A stretch of DNA of 63,108 nt, filler included, from Octopus bimaculoides (GCF_001194135.2; 9 parts of 9 records of this genome joined end to end with filler, not necessarily neighbours in it), one strand, 5' to 3'. Counted from the first letter of the whole stretch, positions 12,853 to 25,686 are shown. Notes: a model not told the origin generated them from the sequence alone. Numbers and translations are program-made.

Positions 12853-12886
12853 TGCTAGACATGGCAGTCGTTCGTTCTAGCTCGCA

Positions 12887-12917
<31 letters not shown>

Positions 12918-12923
12918 TGTATG

Positions 12924-12954
<31 letters not shown>

Positions 12955-13187
12955 GAACAATAGGGTTCCCACCCAAATTTGTCTTTCAAATTCTACTCCT
13001 TGTTATCTTTTAACCCCGACATTAAGTAAAAATGAGATGCGCAACTTACCGTGCAGTGAGATAGATCCAGTTTACCTGCCATGTATGAACCATAATGCAA
13101 CATAAAATCAACCAATATCCTCATCATAACCCATTGACGTGCACTTTGTGTTCCACCATTAAAAGCGGTTTTTTAATCCTTTCGCAG

Positions 13188-13253
<66 letters not shown>

Positions 13254-13255
<2 letters not shown>

Positions 13256-14540
13256 TATGGTGTTGCTAAATTTGACGATATGTTATGGTTCCATTTTCGT
13301 TTCTGGAAGAGCTTGATATTGGCAAACAGTCAACGGCGTTGAAGAGCATGAAGATTAAAATTGTAATTGAGAAAAATCTAGCTGATATAGAGAGCTGGAA
13401 GTCATCTGAGTATTGGAAAAGAGTTACCTGCATCATGATGATTCGCGCCGGATGTCAAAACGCAAACATCATGGCTGCTGTTCAAAGCTCTGTAAAAGCT
13501 GTAAGACGTAAACTGGGCCGCTGTAGCGGAGACTATGAAGCTCTGTCCAGCTGGAAGGGACACAGCAAGAGTTCTGACTGCGTCCGAACGACGAAATTGA
13601 TACAGCAACTGCAGGATAAGATACTCGAAGATCCCAGCGAAGGAATCCAGGCTTTGGCGAGAAAGACAGATGTTGGAGCCGTCAGCATAAAGCTTGCTCT
13701 GAATAAAGACCTTCGCTACCATTCATTCAATAGACTCATGGGGAAAATATTGACCGCCAAGGCGAGGAGAACCGATTAACGAAGGCAAAGAAACTCCTGA
13801 ACAAGTTGTTGAGCTGGGGCTGATCTTGTTCTCAGACTAAAATAAATTCTGCTAGTACCAGCTGCGCAACACGCAGAACAACAAGTGGCTTGCCTACAAT
13901 TCATGTGTAGCACACGTTTCATGAAAACCAAGATCCACCAAAGTGTGATTGTCTTTGGGTGTGTCTCCAGTGAGGGCTACGTTATGCCGCTCCACATTTT
14001 TGAACAGGATCGTAGGCTCAATTCAGACGGGTATGCGAAGCTGCTGGAGACGGAGGTTAAACACCGGCTGGAGCGCGCCGCTGCTGGACGGTCATATGTG
14101 CAGTAGTAGAATGCTGATCCTCGCCATACGTCTCGAAAGAGTCAGAAGTGGTTGTCGGAAAAGTTCTACGACTTCAGCAGCCTCAATTTTTGCATTCGTA
14201 ATTCATCCAATTCTAATTCCATGGATTACTATGTGTGGGGCGCAATTGTGAAAGACACCAACCGCTCTGCTTGCAACACGAAGGCCAAGTTGGTGGCCAA
14301 GATCAAGGAAGTGTTCGAAGATTTTCCCAGAGAGACAATAAGGAACGCATGCATTAGGTTCCGGAACCATCTTGAGGGCATGGTGGAATCTGCGTGCGGC
14401 TAATATGATTAAACTGTTATCTTCCAGCCATAATTTATTTGATATTTAAAAACTGTTTTAAAAAATACTTTAATGTTTGGATGGCACATTGTGCATCCTT
14501 TTCTTTTTATGCAAGCTGTAAATTTAGCCCGAACACTCTG
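13254..14540 (+). mobile_element. Tc1/mariner DD37D (maT-type) transposon, near full length, pseudogenised
   Basis: HTH region (AGCQNANIMAAVQ..RKTDVG), VIVFGCVSSEG, HTSRKSQKWLSE..MDYYVWG. Degenerate termini share GCTAAATTT, and the length is ~1.3 kb. Confidence 0.85.
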
Positions 14541-14914
14541 NNNNNNNNNNNNNNNNNNNNNNNNNNNNNNNNNNNNNNNNNNNNTTAATTAATTAANNNN
14601 NNNNNNNNNNNNNNNNNNNNNNNNNNNNNNNNNNNNNNNNTGTGAGGATATTCACGTAAATCATGTTTTTCATTTAAGCCACATTTTAATTTTCGTAAAA
14701 GTTTCCAAGTACCAATGAGGCTTTTTGGCGCATCTTCAATTTTCCAATTCATGAGAGGTGCCCAGTCATCATTCATCTGAGAGTCCATCTACAGAATGTC
14801 CTCAGATTTCTATACAGCATATTTTGCTTTTTTCCTTCCAGTATATAAGCAACAATTTCATTCCCGGGCAGCGCCGGGTTGCTCTGCTAGTTTTATATAA
14901 TTCATACCTACCAA

Positions 14915-14977
<63 letters not shown>

Positions 14978-15639
14978 ACCTACCTACCTACCTACCTACC
15001 TAACTATCTACCTATTTACCTACCTACATTAACGCATACACGTATATGTATTCGTGTATATGCATACTTACACAATACTTACACATTTATATATGTGTAT
15101 CTGTAGTCTTGTATCTATAAGTATATGTGTCTCTCTTTCTTTCTTTCTGTTTTTCTTTCTTCCTCTCCCTTCTCTCTCTCTTTTCCAACTATGGAAATGA
15201 GTACTCGAAACTGTATGGTAGATAAATTCTTTCTTTAGAGATTTATATGCTGCCATTAGTTTCACGCTCCACATCACACTTACATAGCATTCCGTTTAAG
15301 AACGTTAGTAATCTGTCTGTATTTTGGGTACGACTACGTTAGATTGCACGAAATTACAAAAGTTGTTTGGTGATATATAGAGTGAGATATGAGGAACATA
15401 GATAAGGGGACGGAACTCACATTGGGGCATCATTAATTGTAGCTTCCTTTGCATTAGACTTAGTTCTTTCTAACTTTTGTTAAAATACCCATGTAGGTTC
15501 TGCGTCAAATAGAAAGTTAGCTACAGTTGCCTCCAAAATATCTTTAACCATTGTACGAACAATAGCATTAAGAATCTCCACATGATATATGCAATATATC
15601 AATAACTGATACACACCAATATTTAAATTTCTACTCTTG

Positions 15640-15986
15640 CCATCCATCACACGTCGAGGGTTCCAGTTGATCCGATCAACGGAACAGCCTGCTCGTGAAA
15701 TTGACGTGCAAGTGGCTGAGCACTCCACAGATACGTGTACCCTTAACGTAGTTCTCGGGGAGATTCAGCGTGACACAGTGTGACAAGGCTGACCCTTTGA
15801 AATACAGGTACAACAGAAACAGGAAGTAAGAGTGAGAGAAAGTTGTGGTGAAAGAGTACAGCAGGGTTCGCCACCATTCCCTGCCGGAGCCTCAATAAAC
15901 ACTCACAATGCCCGGTCTGGGAATCGAAACCGCGATCCTATGACCGCGAGTCCACTGCCCTAACCACTAGGCCATTGCGCCTCCAC
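15640..15986 (-). mobile_element. tRNA-derived SINE, family C head with long tail
   Basis: Minus strand GTGGAGGCGCAATGGCCTAGTGGTTAGGGCAG..GGTTTCGATTCCCAG tRNA-like head continues into non-tRNA repeat body. Confidence 0.8.
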
Positions 15987-16672
15987 AAAGACGAACTATA
16001 TGGAGTGCAGAATTGACAACACAAATGAGAGTGACAAATGTAGAATGTGTGGTGAAAGGTGTGAATGTTGGTAAATGCTCGAAATTGACGCAACGCGAAT
16101 ACAAAAGACGACTTGACAATGTGGCAACAATGATCCATTGGGAGCTCTGTAGAAATTATGGCATACACAGAGCAAAGACGTGATATGACTAAATCCCAGA
16201 TGGAATTACTAGGAATGAAGATTGGAAAATCCTGTTGGATGCAACGATTCAGTGTAACCATCAGACCAGGCATCGGAAGCTTGACATTGTAAACAAAAAA
16301 GTAAAAAACTTGCATGATAATCGACATAGCATGACCCGGTGACAGCAGGATAAAAAAGAAAGAAGAAAACCTTAACAAATATGACGATTTGAAGTGGGAA
16401 ACAGGCAGGATGTCGGCAAGGAAGAGAGTGGACGTGATAACTGTAATTGGTGCACTTGGAAGTATCAGCATTCAACTGCCAACAAGGCTCAAAAAGATTG
16501 GTACAAGTGAGAAAATAGAACACCTACAAATGGCATCATTGCTCGGAACTGCAAGAGTTCTCCGAGGTTTTTGAAGGATTATTAGTAGACAAGTGTCAAC
16601 TTAGTCTGCTGGCTGTGGATAGCTGAAACTTTCCATCATGCCCAGAAAAATTAACTGAGAGTTTTCTTCAAA
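15987..16672 (+). mobile_element. R4/Dong-like LINE 3' end (zinc knuckle + RLE endonuclease)
   Basis: CRMCGE knuckle, RHRKLDIV, IIDIA.PGD, KYDDLKWE, VIGALG, LLGTARVLR, followed by 3'UTR and AAT repeats. Confidence 0.85.
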
Positions 16673-16687
16673 TAATAATAATGATGC

Positions 16688-16897
16688 TCCATTCTACTAT
16701 AAGCACAAGGCCTGAAATTTGGTGGTGGAGGCTAGTCAACTACATTAATCACTATACACAACTGGTACTTGTTTTATCGACCGCGAAAGAATGAGAAGCA
16801 AATTCTACTACGGAATTTGAATCAAGTACATAAAGACGGACGAAATGTCGCTAATCATTTGCTCGGTGTTCTAACGATTCTACCTGCTCGCCACCTT
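16688..16897 (-). mobile_element. SINE family B, diverged
   Basis: CTACTATAAGCACAAGGCCTGAAATTT tail and CTCGCCACCTT head. Confidence 0.75.
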
Positions 16898-17921
16898 AAT
16901 TGAGTAAAATATTAATAGATGAAGCAGACAAATGTGACAATATTGACGATGCAGAGTATCTTTAAACACGGAACAGCTTTAGATTTATATCGAAAAAAAT
17001 AGTTGTATCAAAACGCTTTCGCTTACTTGATGCCGAATATTTTTATGGTTAATAATTTTAATATTTCAATACAATAGATTATGCAATGTCATTTTTATAC
17101 ACTTTTCAAGATATTCCAAACCAAATATATTACACTGGCAACTGATCATAATCGACATTTCCATTGGTTTGTTTATATTAGTTCGATTATTACTGTGATT
17201 AATTTTTGCAGGCAAGAGTCTTATTTTTTAATTTAAAGTCGCTATCCTATTTCACAAGATCACAATCAGCATGATCACCCCCACCCACCACCAAAACCAT
17301 TATTATTATCATCATCATCAGCAGCAGCAGCATCGTATGTAATCGTTAAGATATTTTTGACATATTTTTTAATGTTTTGCAACATCAACAAATCAACAAA
17401 GGATTTTATTTTCCTTTTCCACACGAAACTTTAAAATATTTAAGCGTTCTGGGCTTTTTAGAAATTTTATTGTTTTGTATTATTTATTTTTATAATACCT
17501 TTTAGTTTTATTTTTGGTAACGTCTTCCACGAGGAAGATACTTTATCAAAATATTAAGTAAAATTGTTGACAGATACTTTTTTTGTTTGTTTATATCTAC
17601 ACAGAAACTATTTTCTTTTGCCTTCACAGAATTTATTATAAACTTTGCTAAAGAAACAGTTATCAATACCTGCAAGATACAATAATATTATTTGGTTTGA
17701 TTCTGCTTAAAATATTTAAAAGTTGAAAAGTTGCCACTGCTGCTGCTAAATTTGTCTTTATAGCGTTATTAATATATTTTTGCTAATAGCAAACTATATT
17801 TTCTTAAGTAAAAAATCATCCATGGTGAAGAATTATTTCGTAGAAATAATTTCCGTGTGAATCGGGTTCGAATTTTAATTCGAGGTGAATTCCAGGTGAA
17901 TCGGGTTCAAAACTTGATATT

Positions 17922-18131
17922 GGTTTCAAATTTTATCACAAAACCAGCAATTCTGGGGAGTGGCTAAGCCCATTGCATCGACCCTAGTACTCAACTAGTA
18001 CTTATTTGATCGACCCCAACAGGATGAAAGTTGAGTTTAGCGGTATTTCATTTCAACTCAGCACATAAAGACGGACGAATTACCTCTAAGCATTTTGCTC
18101 GGCATGCTAACGATTCTCCCAACTCTCAGCC
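17922..18131 (-). mobile_element. SINE family B, diverged
   Basis: ATCGACCCC..GGATGAAAG..AAGCATTTTGCTCGGCATGCTAACGATTC. Confidence 0.7.
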
Positions 18132-21100
18132 TTTCATTAAATTCATATTATTAATAAATATCATATATTCTGTTTTATATTCTGTTTTCATTTGTTTTAA
18201 AATTGTAGGGTTTTACTTCCATTCTTCCAAGGGTGTCTTCTCTTTTCACAGGCATTGAAACTTTAATTATAAGTCTTAGCCATCAGTGTGCTGCTAGCTT
18301 TATTTACATTTCAAGAAGACCCTGGTAATAGATGTACTATTTATTAGCAGCAATAGTTGTACTATTCATTAGACGTGACTATAAACGAATTTTAATGCTT
18401 TTCAAAAGTAGTTCCCTTTACTCAAGGAATAAAGATACTTTACGAAATAATATTTACTCATAAAATAAATAACAGCATATAATCTATAACTCACTATTTT
18501 TTTCTGTTGATATGGTACCGGGATTGACTTTCTTATTTCTCTGGAGTTGATAAAATAAGCATTAATAATGAATAGGATATAGCTGTATTGACACATCTAT
18601 TCTTGGAAATTTGTGGTCTTGTACCTTTGAGATATTGATGTGACAGCGATATTTTGATAGCTATCAGAAGCCTGCTTAGAATGTAGAGTAAACACAGAAA
18701 AGGGTAATGGATAAAAAGTGAGAAACGAGTGTCTCGGTGAGTAACATGATATGAGGTGTGTGTTAATAGAACATTTTCGATGGTGTCCATGGTAAACTAT
18801 ATTTCACGTATGTCGTAAATATGCTGTGATGAAGGTGGCACTTCATATGGCTGTCAGGTTACGAAATGTAGTTTAAAACTTATCAAGAGATTCACAATAG
18901 TTACAAAGACATGACGTTAATCATGGTTCACGTGTACTAATTGTTAAGGTTGTGTTTTGTATGTTTCCTACTACATCCCTACCTGTTGTATTTTTGACGT
19001 TATTTTCAAGGGAAAGAGTTTTACTAAATACAATTATTCTCATGCCGAATATGCAGTAACAGCATAATTGTTAGATGCTTTTCCAGTGTGAAAATTGTAG
19101 TTTTGTTGCCGCTGAAGTCGTCTGTTGCTTTTTTACAACGTAATTCGTTGGCTTGCAAATTTCTTATTCTTCGACACATTGTAAGTGTTGATGTTTGGTT
19201 TAGTTTTGTAAATACCTGTGAAATTCACAGAAACAGTTAAAAAACAGATTTAAATGTGTCGGTAGGGATTACAGCCATTCTTAGCATTATGCATTCCCAA
19301 TTGATTTATGTAAATATGTAAATCCATAGTAGTTTATTGTTCTGTTATTCATTTTGATTGAAGAACTTTAGTCATAGTAAAGAGAAAATATTGAAATATT
19401 TATAAAGGTTTTCTGACTTTTTTCATTAAGGATATAATTCTGAATGACCTTTGGTGGCATGAAATTTCATTATCTAAGATCTAACTATTCTCGCTTTCTG
19501 TGCAGTAACTGTAAATGATTCGAACATAATATCATAGTCTACGTGTATCATAAATCTGAGGATAGGTTGACAATGGTATCCGTTGGCAAATATGTGACTC
19601 TACGTCATACTGTAGGTAAGTTAAATCTTTCGCTGATAAGATTACCTGATATTACTGGTGTGTATGTGTGAGGATATTTCGAAGTGTCTACTGGAATTCA
19701 TCGTTTCTTTAATGCTTTTCGATTTGCTTCTGCATTGCGTCGAATGTTATGCACTATTTTCAATAGGTAACACTGTTAAAAAGCAGCATACAAGAGTTTT
19801 ATAGATATTTTATTTATTTCTCTGTGTAGGTAGAGGCATATAATTATGGTTAACAATATAAGTATGGTTAAAGAATTCTGAAAACTAGAGTTTTTAGTTA
19901 AAGAATCAAGAACGAATATTAAAATGCAACACAAAGATTAAATGTACAAAATTGTTTTGAAACCGATGTTAAAATATTTAGCTTAAAGTTTATTTTGCGT
20001 TCTGTTATCCAAGAAGTTGTGTGTGTACTCTGTGGATCTGTTAGTAACAATAATATTCGTGAGAACTAACTCGATAGTAACAAGTTTGTGAGTTCTAATA
20101 TAATACTAGTGTATAGCTAGTCTCAGGTCACTGATGTACAACTCTGCAACTTAATAATTTCCTATTACTTATATAACTCAATCCGATGCTCGATTTGCAA
20201 TAATACATTCACATGAACTCTCCTTTAACAACTCAGAGTGGACATTTTTTAAGGACTAGATAACATAACTGTTCACTTTTAATATTCTTGTAATTTTTAC
20301 AAATTAACAGATTACATCGGTTACACAGTCATGCATTGCATATTGTTCACAGATTAGTTTGAACTCCATTAAGCATACCCCAACACTCAGTCAGAATACA
20401 GTACCAAATACGGTTGCGTGAAAAAAGATGAGCTAAGAGTTCCAAGTATCTATACGTTATCTGGCATGATTAATCAGTTTGACTCTCGAGTTAACATCAA
20501 GAGTTAAAGCATCTTGGTGAACAGAAGGCATTTCCTACAAGGGAAACAGTAGGTGATACATCGACACTCTGACTAGAACTCTCAATAAAAATTATTAAAT
20601 GTATTTTGAACAAAGATTATTTCATGGTAAACGTTTCTGAATTAAGTTAGTTTTAAAATTAAATAATGCTAATTTAATTATTTGCTTACCTTTTTGCTAC
20701 AATATTTAAAACAGATGAAACCCTGTAAGCTCCTCTATTTATTTAATAAACTAGCTGCGACAATATCTTACTTAATCTGGTTTATTCTGGATGTTGTAAT
20801 AATTTGCTTATTGTTAGGAGGTCTATACAACAGAAATAATCCTAAACACTTTCTTTGTGTTATTGAAATGTTTGATTATAACTATTAAATTTATATTAAT
20901 TAATTTTTTTCTCAAGCTATATCATTGCTAGTATGTTGGCATATATCAAAGGTAATAAAAAAATTTAAAACTTACACTATTCATACAATATATTTGTTTT
21001 GAGAATAAATGCGCAATGAGCCGCGAGGATAAAGTAATAGGTTATTAAGTTCGTTATAACAAACTCGCGTGCAATTATACGAGAGTAATTTCCTAAGAAA

Positions 21101-21223
21101 GCCATTTCCCGAAGACATGTGAAACAGAGAGAGGAAAGGATTACACAGCTGTGATACATATATACATGTATACATATACACGTATGTGGTATTTGGTTAC
21201 ATACATATATACATACACTCATA

Positions 21224-21265
<42 letters not shown>

Positions 21266-21267
<2 letters not shown>

Positions 21268-21497
21268 ATTTCTTTACTGCCCACAAGAGGCTACACACAG
21301 AGGGGACAAACAAGGACAGACAAACGGATTAAGTCGATTATATCGACCCCAGTGCGTAACTGGTACTTAATTTATCGACCCCGAAAGGATGAAAGGCAAA
21401 GTCGACCTCGGCGGAATTTGAACTCAGAACGCAGTGGCAGACGAAATACCGCTAAGCATTTCGCCCGGTGTGCTAACGTTTCTGCCAGCTCACCGCC
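21266..21497 (-). mobile_element. SINE family B, full length
   Basis: Near-identical to 6676-6910. Confidence 0.9.
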
Positions 21498-21515
21498 AAG
21501 CGTTTCGCTCGGCGT

Positions 21516-21590
21516 GGTAAAGATTCTGCCACCTCGCTGCGGTAAAGATTCTGCCACCTCGCTGCGGTAAAGATTCTGCCACCTCGCTGC
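21516..21590. repeat. Perfect 3 x 25-bp minisatellite
   Basis: GGTAAAGATTCTGCCACCTCGCTGC at 21516, 21541 and 21566. Confidence 0.95.
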
Positions 21591-21652
21591 TTTTATGGTG
21601 ATGATAACAATGACGACGACGACAACGACAGCAACAATAATAATAATAATAA

Positions 21653-22810
21653 TCCTTATATTACGATATGTTGCAGATAGTGTTTGGTGGATAAAGAACG
21701 AGCTTTTGGAAATGGACAGGGAAATCAGAAAAGTTATGATAATTAACAAGGAACTACAACCCAAAAGCGATATTGAGAGGCTGAATATGCCTAGGAACAA
21801 GGGGAGAAAGAGGCCTCATAGGATGCAAGATGTGTGTTGTCAACGACAACAGTCTGGGATGGTACATTAAACAGCAGAGTGAATACTTGCTTGCCGCTGT
21901 TACATTTAACAACAAAAAACCTGTTGAAAATGTGATGCGCAAACATTAAAAAAAACAAAAAAAACAAGACGAAGAAGAAAGAATAAATAATTGAAAAATG
22001 GAATCGCTGCATGGGTAATGCCTCAGAGAAATCGAGGGAAAAAAACAAGACCAATACTTGGAGAGTGTTGATACGTCCAAGTGCGCCCATTACTATTGGC
22101 ATCACATCTACTCTTCTCATTGACTACAACCTTCGTATTTCCCACTTCAAATCGTCGAAGGTGTTCAGTTTTCTTCTTTCTCTTTGATCTGAAATTGATC
22201 TGAAAGGAGTCATTGATATGCAGTGCACAGGAACAAGCTCTAAGAACTAATTACATTAATTTCCAAATAAATAAGGGCATTGAGTCGTCCCTTTATAGGA
22301 TGTGTGGTAGCAGAAACGAAACGAAAGCTGTGAGTGAATTTAGCAAGCTGGTCCAAAAGTACTACAAAAAGAAGCATGATAATATAACTATGCGAAAAGT
22401 ACGGCTCGGGCAGAGAACGGAAATGGTACGGAAATGAACCAGAAGGAGTCACCAAGAACAAGGAATATAAGATACTGTGGGACTTTACAATCCAATATGA
22501 CTCCTTAATCGATGCTCGGAGAGCAGATATTGTTGTAGATAAAAGAATAAAGGAAACCAATATTTTAGATGTTGCGATACCTGGAGATGTAAGTATAAGT
22601 GACAATGAACAAGAAAATATTGAAAAGTACAGGCTACTAAAAGACGTACTTGCAAGAATGTGGACTATGAAGAGAGTGCCTGTCATTTCAGTATTTGTAG
22701 GAACACTCGGAGAAATTGGAATTGACATGAGAGCAGAGCAAGCCCCCAAAACCGCTCTGCTGGGCACAGCTAGGATTTTGAGATTGGTACTTGAGTGTTG
22801 AATGTCTCCC
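21653..22810 (+). mobile_element. R4/Dong-like LINE 3' part, interrupted by an inverted RLE piece at ~22060-22195
   Basis: LRYVADSVWWIKNELLEMDREIRK..; LICSAQEQALRTNY; RRADIVVD..LDVAIPGD; ALLGTARILR. Confidence 0.85.
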
Positions 22811-22869
22811 ATGATAATTAACAAACAATTATCAAAGCTTATAATGTGCAGAAAGAGATATTGTGAGAC

Positions 22870-24540
22870 CGATTTTAATGTCTGGCTGGTAAATGAATAC
22901 CACCACAGCTGACTACTTGTCTCTTTTTATGACTAACATAGCGCACCTATCAATGACAAATTCCATACCTATATTTTTGCTGAAGAGCCTTACAGTTTGT
23001 TTTAAAGTATCTATCTTTTTTATTCTTACTAAAAAGCTTCAGATCCTTTATGTAGATAAAATGGTTAATTTTTCGTTTATTATCTCCAAACTGATATCCA
23101 GCATTTGCCTTTCTTAATAATTAACTGAGAGAGATGAAACATGATATAAATATTAAATGGGATAACGAGTCTCCCTGGAAAATTCCTTTCTTGATATTAA
23201 CTTGCCTATGGCTGTATCATCTGAATAAAGATCTACTCTCTATTTCGTCATGCTAAAGCTAACTCTCTTATGTTGTTTGCAATACTGAATATATTCAAAC
23301 ATTCACCTATTCATGAGTGTTGAATCATGTCATAGGCTTTCTAATAATCTGTCCATGCTATTGTTAAATTTTTCTTTCTAAATATCACTTCTTTTATAAC
23401 TGCTTTGTCTATGTATAATAGAGCATGCGTTCCTCTAGCCTTCTTCTTGCAACCTTTCTGTTCTCATGGAAGTAAATTCGTGCTGTCAATGTGCTCGTAA
23501 ACGCTTTCTGAGAGCATTTCTGTTAACAGATTCCACACTAATTGTAAGCAAGTGATTGGTCTATAATTACTAGCTATATTGCCCTTGCTTTTGTCTTTCA
23601 TAAGGAGTACTATTTTCCGTCTAGTCACCCACTTAAGTATGCCATGACTCCTCTATTCAGTTAATCTTGAAGTTGTTCTCCCAGTCTTCCATGTATGTTA
23701 CTACATTTCTTAAACTACATTTCTGATCCTTGCAATTCAGCATCCTTCCTCCGGTTTGCCCCCCAAAATTTGTTGTATTGATACTGATTTATTCTGAAAA
23801 GCCTATCTGCTATTGCTATATTACGCTGTTTCATTTCTTCCATAACTATCCCAAATCCTTTCTCTTTGACTAAGCCTTTTTGTCGTAGAGAAAATCTAAA
23901 TCTTGTCTTTCCTAATGTGTCCTGTTTCCAGGCTTCTATTCTACTCAGTTCTACTCAGATCTTTTCTTAAAGTCTTCACTTTATGTTCTAATTTTCTTTT
24001 CTACATCTACTCCTTCCTATTCTTTCCTTGCGGAATACTTTGTTTGCTAGTAACTACGCCACCCCCCTGCATAGATCAATAAGTTAGTGTCACCTATATT
24101 TTTAGCATCTATTCTACTTATAACGGAATATACTTGCTTAGTCATATTTAGTAACTCATCTAAAATTTAATCTTCCTCACTTAAATCGCTGGTGTCATTT
24201 TCCCTTCCTGATTGGTTGTGCTATTATATTTTCTTGTAGGCTCTTCATTGGCTTGAATTACAACAGTTTTGCATCTTATTTCATCCTGGTTTGTGTCTTT
24301 GGCTGTTCTAATTGTTGGTCTTTCTTTTTTTAGTTGTCTTGCGATATCATCTCCCTCCAATTCTGTCAGTCACTTATATCGCTTGATCCGCTAGTCTCTG
24401 CTCTGTTACATGAAACATACCTTTCTTTATGCAAAGTGGTAGCATACGTTTTCTGTAATCTCTTATTCTTGGTTCACTTTCCAAGTTGTACTGCTTCACT
24501 ACCATGTTCTCTTTATTTGTACATTTCTTCCTCATCACGC
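22870..24540 (-). mobile_element. R4/Dong-like LINE reverse transcriptase region (pseudogenised)
   Basis: NYRPITCLQLVWNLLT, AWTDY*KAYD, KKGIFQGDSL, FSKNIGMEF RT motifs on the minus strand, with stops and frameshifts. Confidence 0.85.
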
Positions 24541-24768
24541 TAGCTTATACAGATGCTGTCATAGAAAACGACTGAGATCAATCTACATCCGTACTGAACC
24601 ACTATCGACCGAGAGGCCTTCCCTTGAAGTTCCAGCGTCATTTACGTTTTCACTAAAGTTTCTGTGTAAACTCATGTCCCTCATAAACAGAGGTAAGGTC
24701 ATGTTTGTGTTGTATGTGTGTGTGTGTAAGCGTGTGTGTCTATGTGCGTGTGTTGTGACGTTGTTGTT

Positions 24769-24990
24769 AAGGTGCCAAGCGGGCAGAATCATTGGTACGT
24801 CGGACAAAATGCTTAGAGCCACTTCGTCCATCTTTACGTTCTGAGTTCTAATTTCGTCGAGCTTCACTTTGCCTTTCATCCTTTTGTAGTCAATAAAATA
24901 GTACCAGTTCAGAACTGGGATCGATATAATCGAATTGCTTCTGCCTCCAAAATTTCAGGCCTTGTGCCTAAAGTAAACAGGATTATTATT
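24769..24990 (+). mobile_element. SINE family B
   Basis: GGCAGAATCATTGG..GTTCTGAGTTC..TTGCCTTTCATCC..GGCCTTGTGCCTA..GGATTATT. Confidence 0.75.
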
Positions 24991-25539
24991 ATTATCATTG
25001 TTGTAGTTCAATTGCAAGAGTGCAATGAAATTATTTAACAAAAAACTATATACTATATACTGTTTATAAATTAATAAAGGACTGAACCAGTGCGTGTGTT
25101 TATTACCGGCATAATGCCTCTCCCAAGGTTTAATTGTATTTCTTTCAACACACGTATCCACATCAAGAATTTTGCACACGAAATACACATACGAAATATT
25201 GTTGTAGTTGTTTTCTAAATAACATGAATAGGAAATTTGGTCGTAATCTTTTGTTTTGTTTAGCTATTTAAAATACAAGCAGTTTAAATTTCATTCCAAT
25301 GTTTTGTTATTAAGTCGACCAGCTGTTTGGTTATTAATATTTACTTTTGTTCTTCGAGGTATTTTCCGTTAAAGACAAACTTAGACATTAAAAAAAAATA
25401 CAAAAACAAACGTAACGTCGATGCAAGACGATGATGATGGGTGTTGAAATTGTAATGACGAACAGTATTTCGCACATGTTTCTGTTCCTAGTACAATTGT
25501 AAACACAAGTTTCAGTAACTGCAACAGCAACAGTGGTTA

Positions 25540-25655
25540 TTATGCTAGACCAACAACAACAAAGAGAATGCTAATAAAAGTTGTCAAGAGGTACAATAAA
25601 ATTGTAGTAGTACTAATACCAATAATCATTAATACCACTACGACCACCAACCACC

Positions 25656-25686
<31 letters not shown>

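Larger units (their letters stand above)
12207..12890 (-). mobile_element. Retrozyme-like tandem repeat (~1.9 units of ~360 bp, one hammerhead ribozyme per unit)
   Basis: Unit 1 starts AACAAGCAAAGTAGTTAG at 12207 and unit 2 starts AACAAGCACAGAAGTTAG at 12567. The units align along most of their length, best in the ribozyme half. There is no ORF, and the array is flanked by (GT)n and (GTAT)n. Confidence 0.8.

Noticed and set aside
14585-14596. TTAATTAATTAA 12-mer recurring at 14585, 30486, 37212, 48712, 52001, 57779, 60309 and 61944
   Set aside because: It is always embedded in the middle of N-runs, so it is an artificial scaffold-gap spacer with stops in all frames, not biology and not a CRISPR-like repeat.
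15900-15986. tRNA-like sequence (also at 42414, 49089 and 51734)
   Set aside because: These are SINE heads that continue into repeat bodies, with no complete acceptor stem; they are not tRNA genes.
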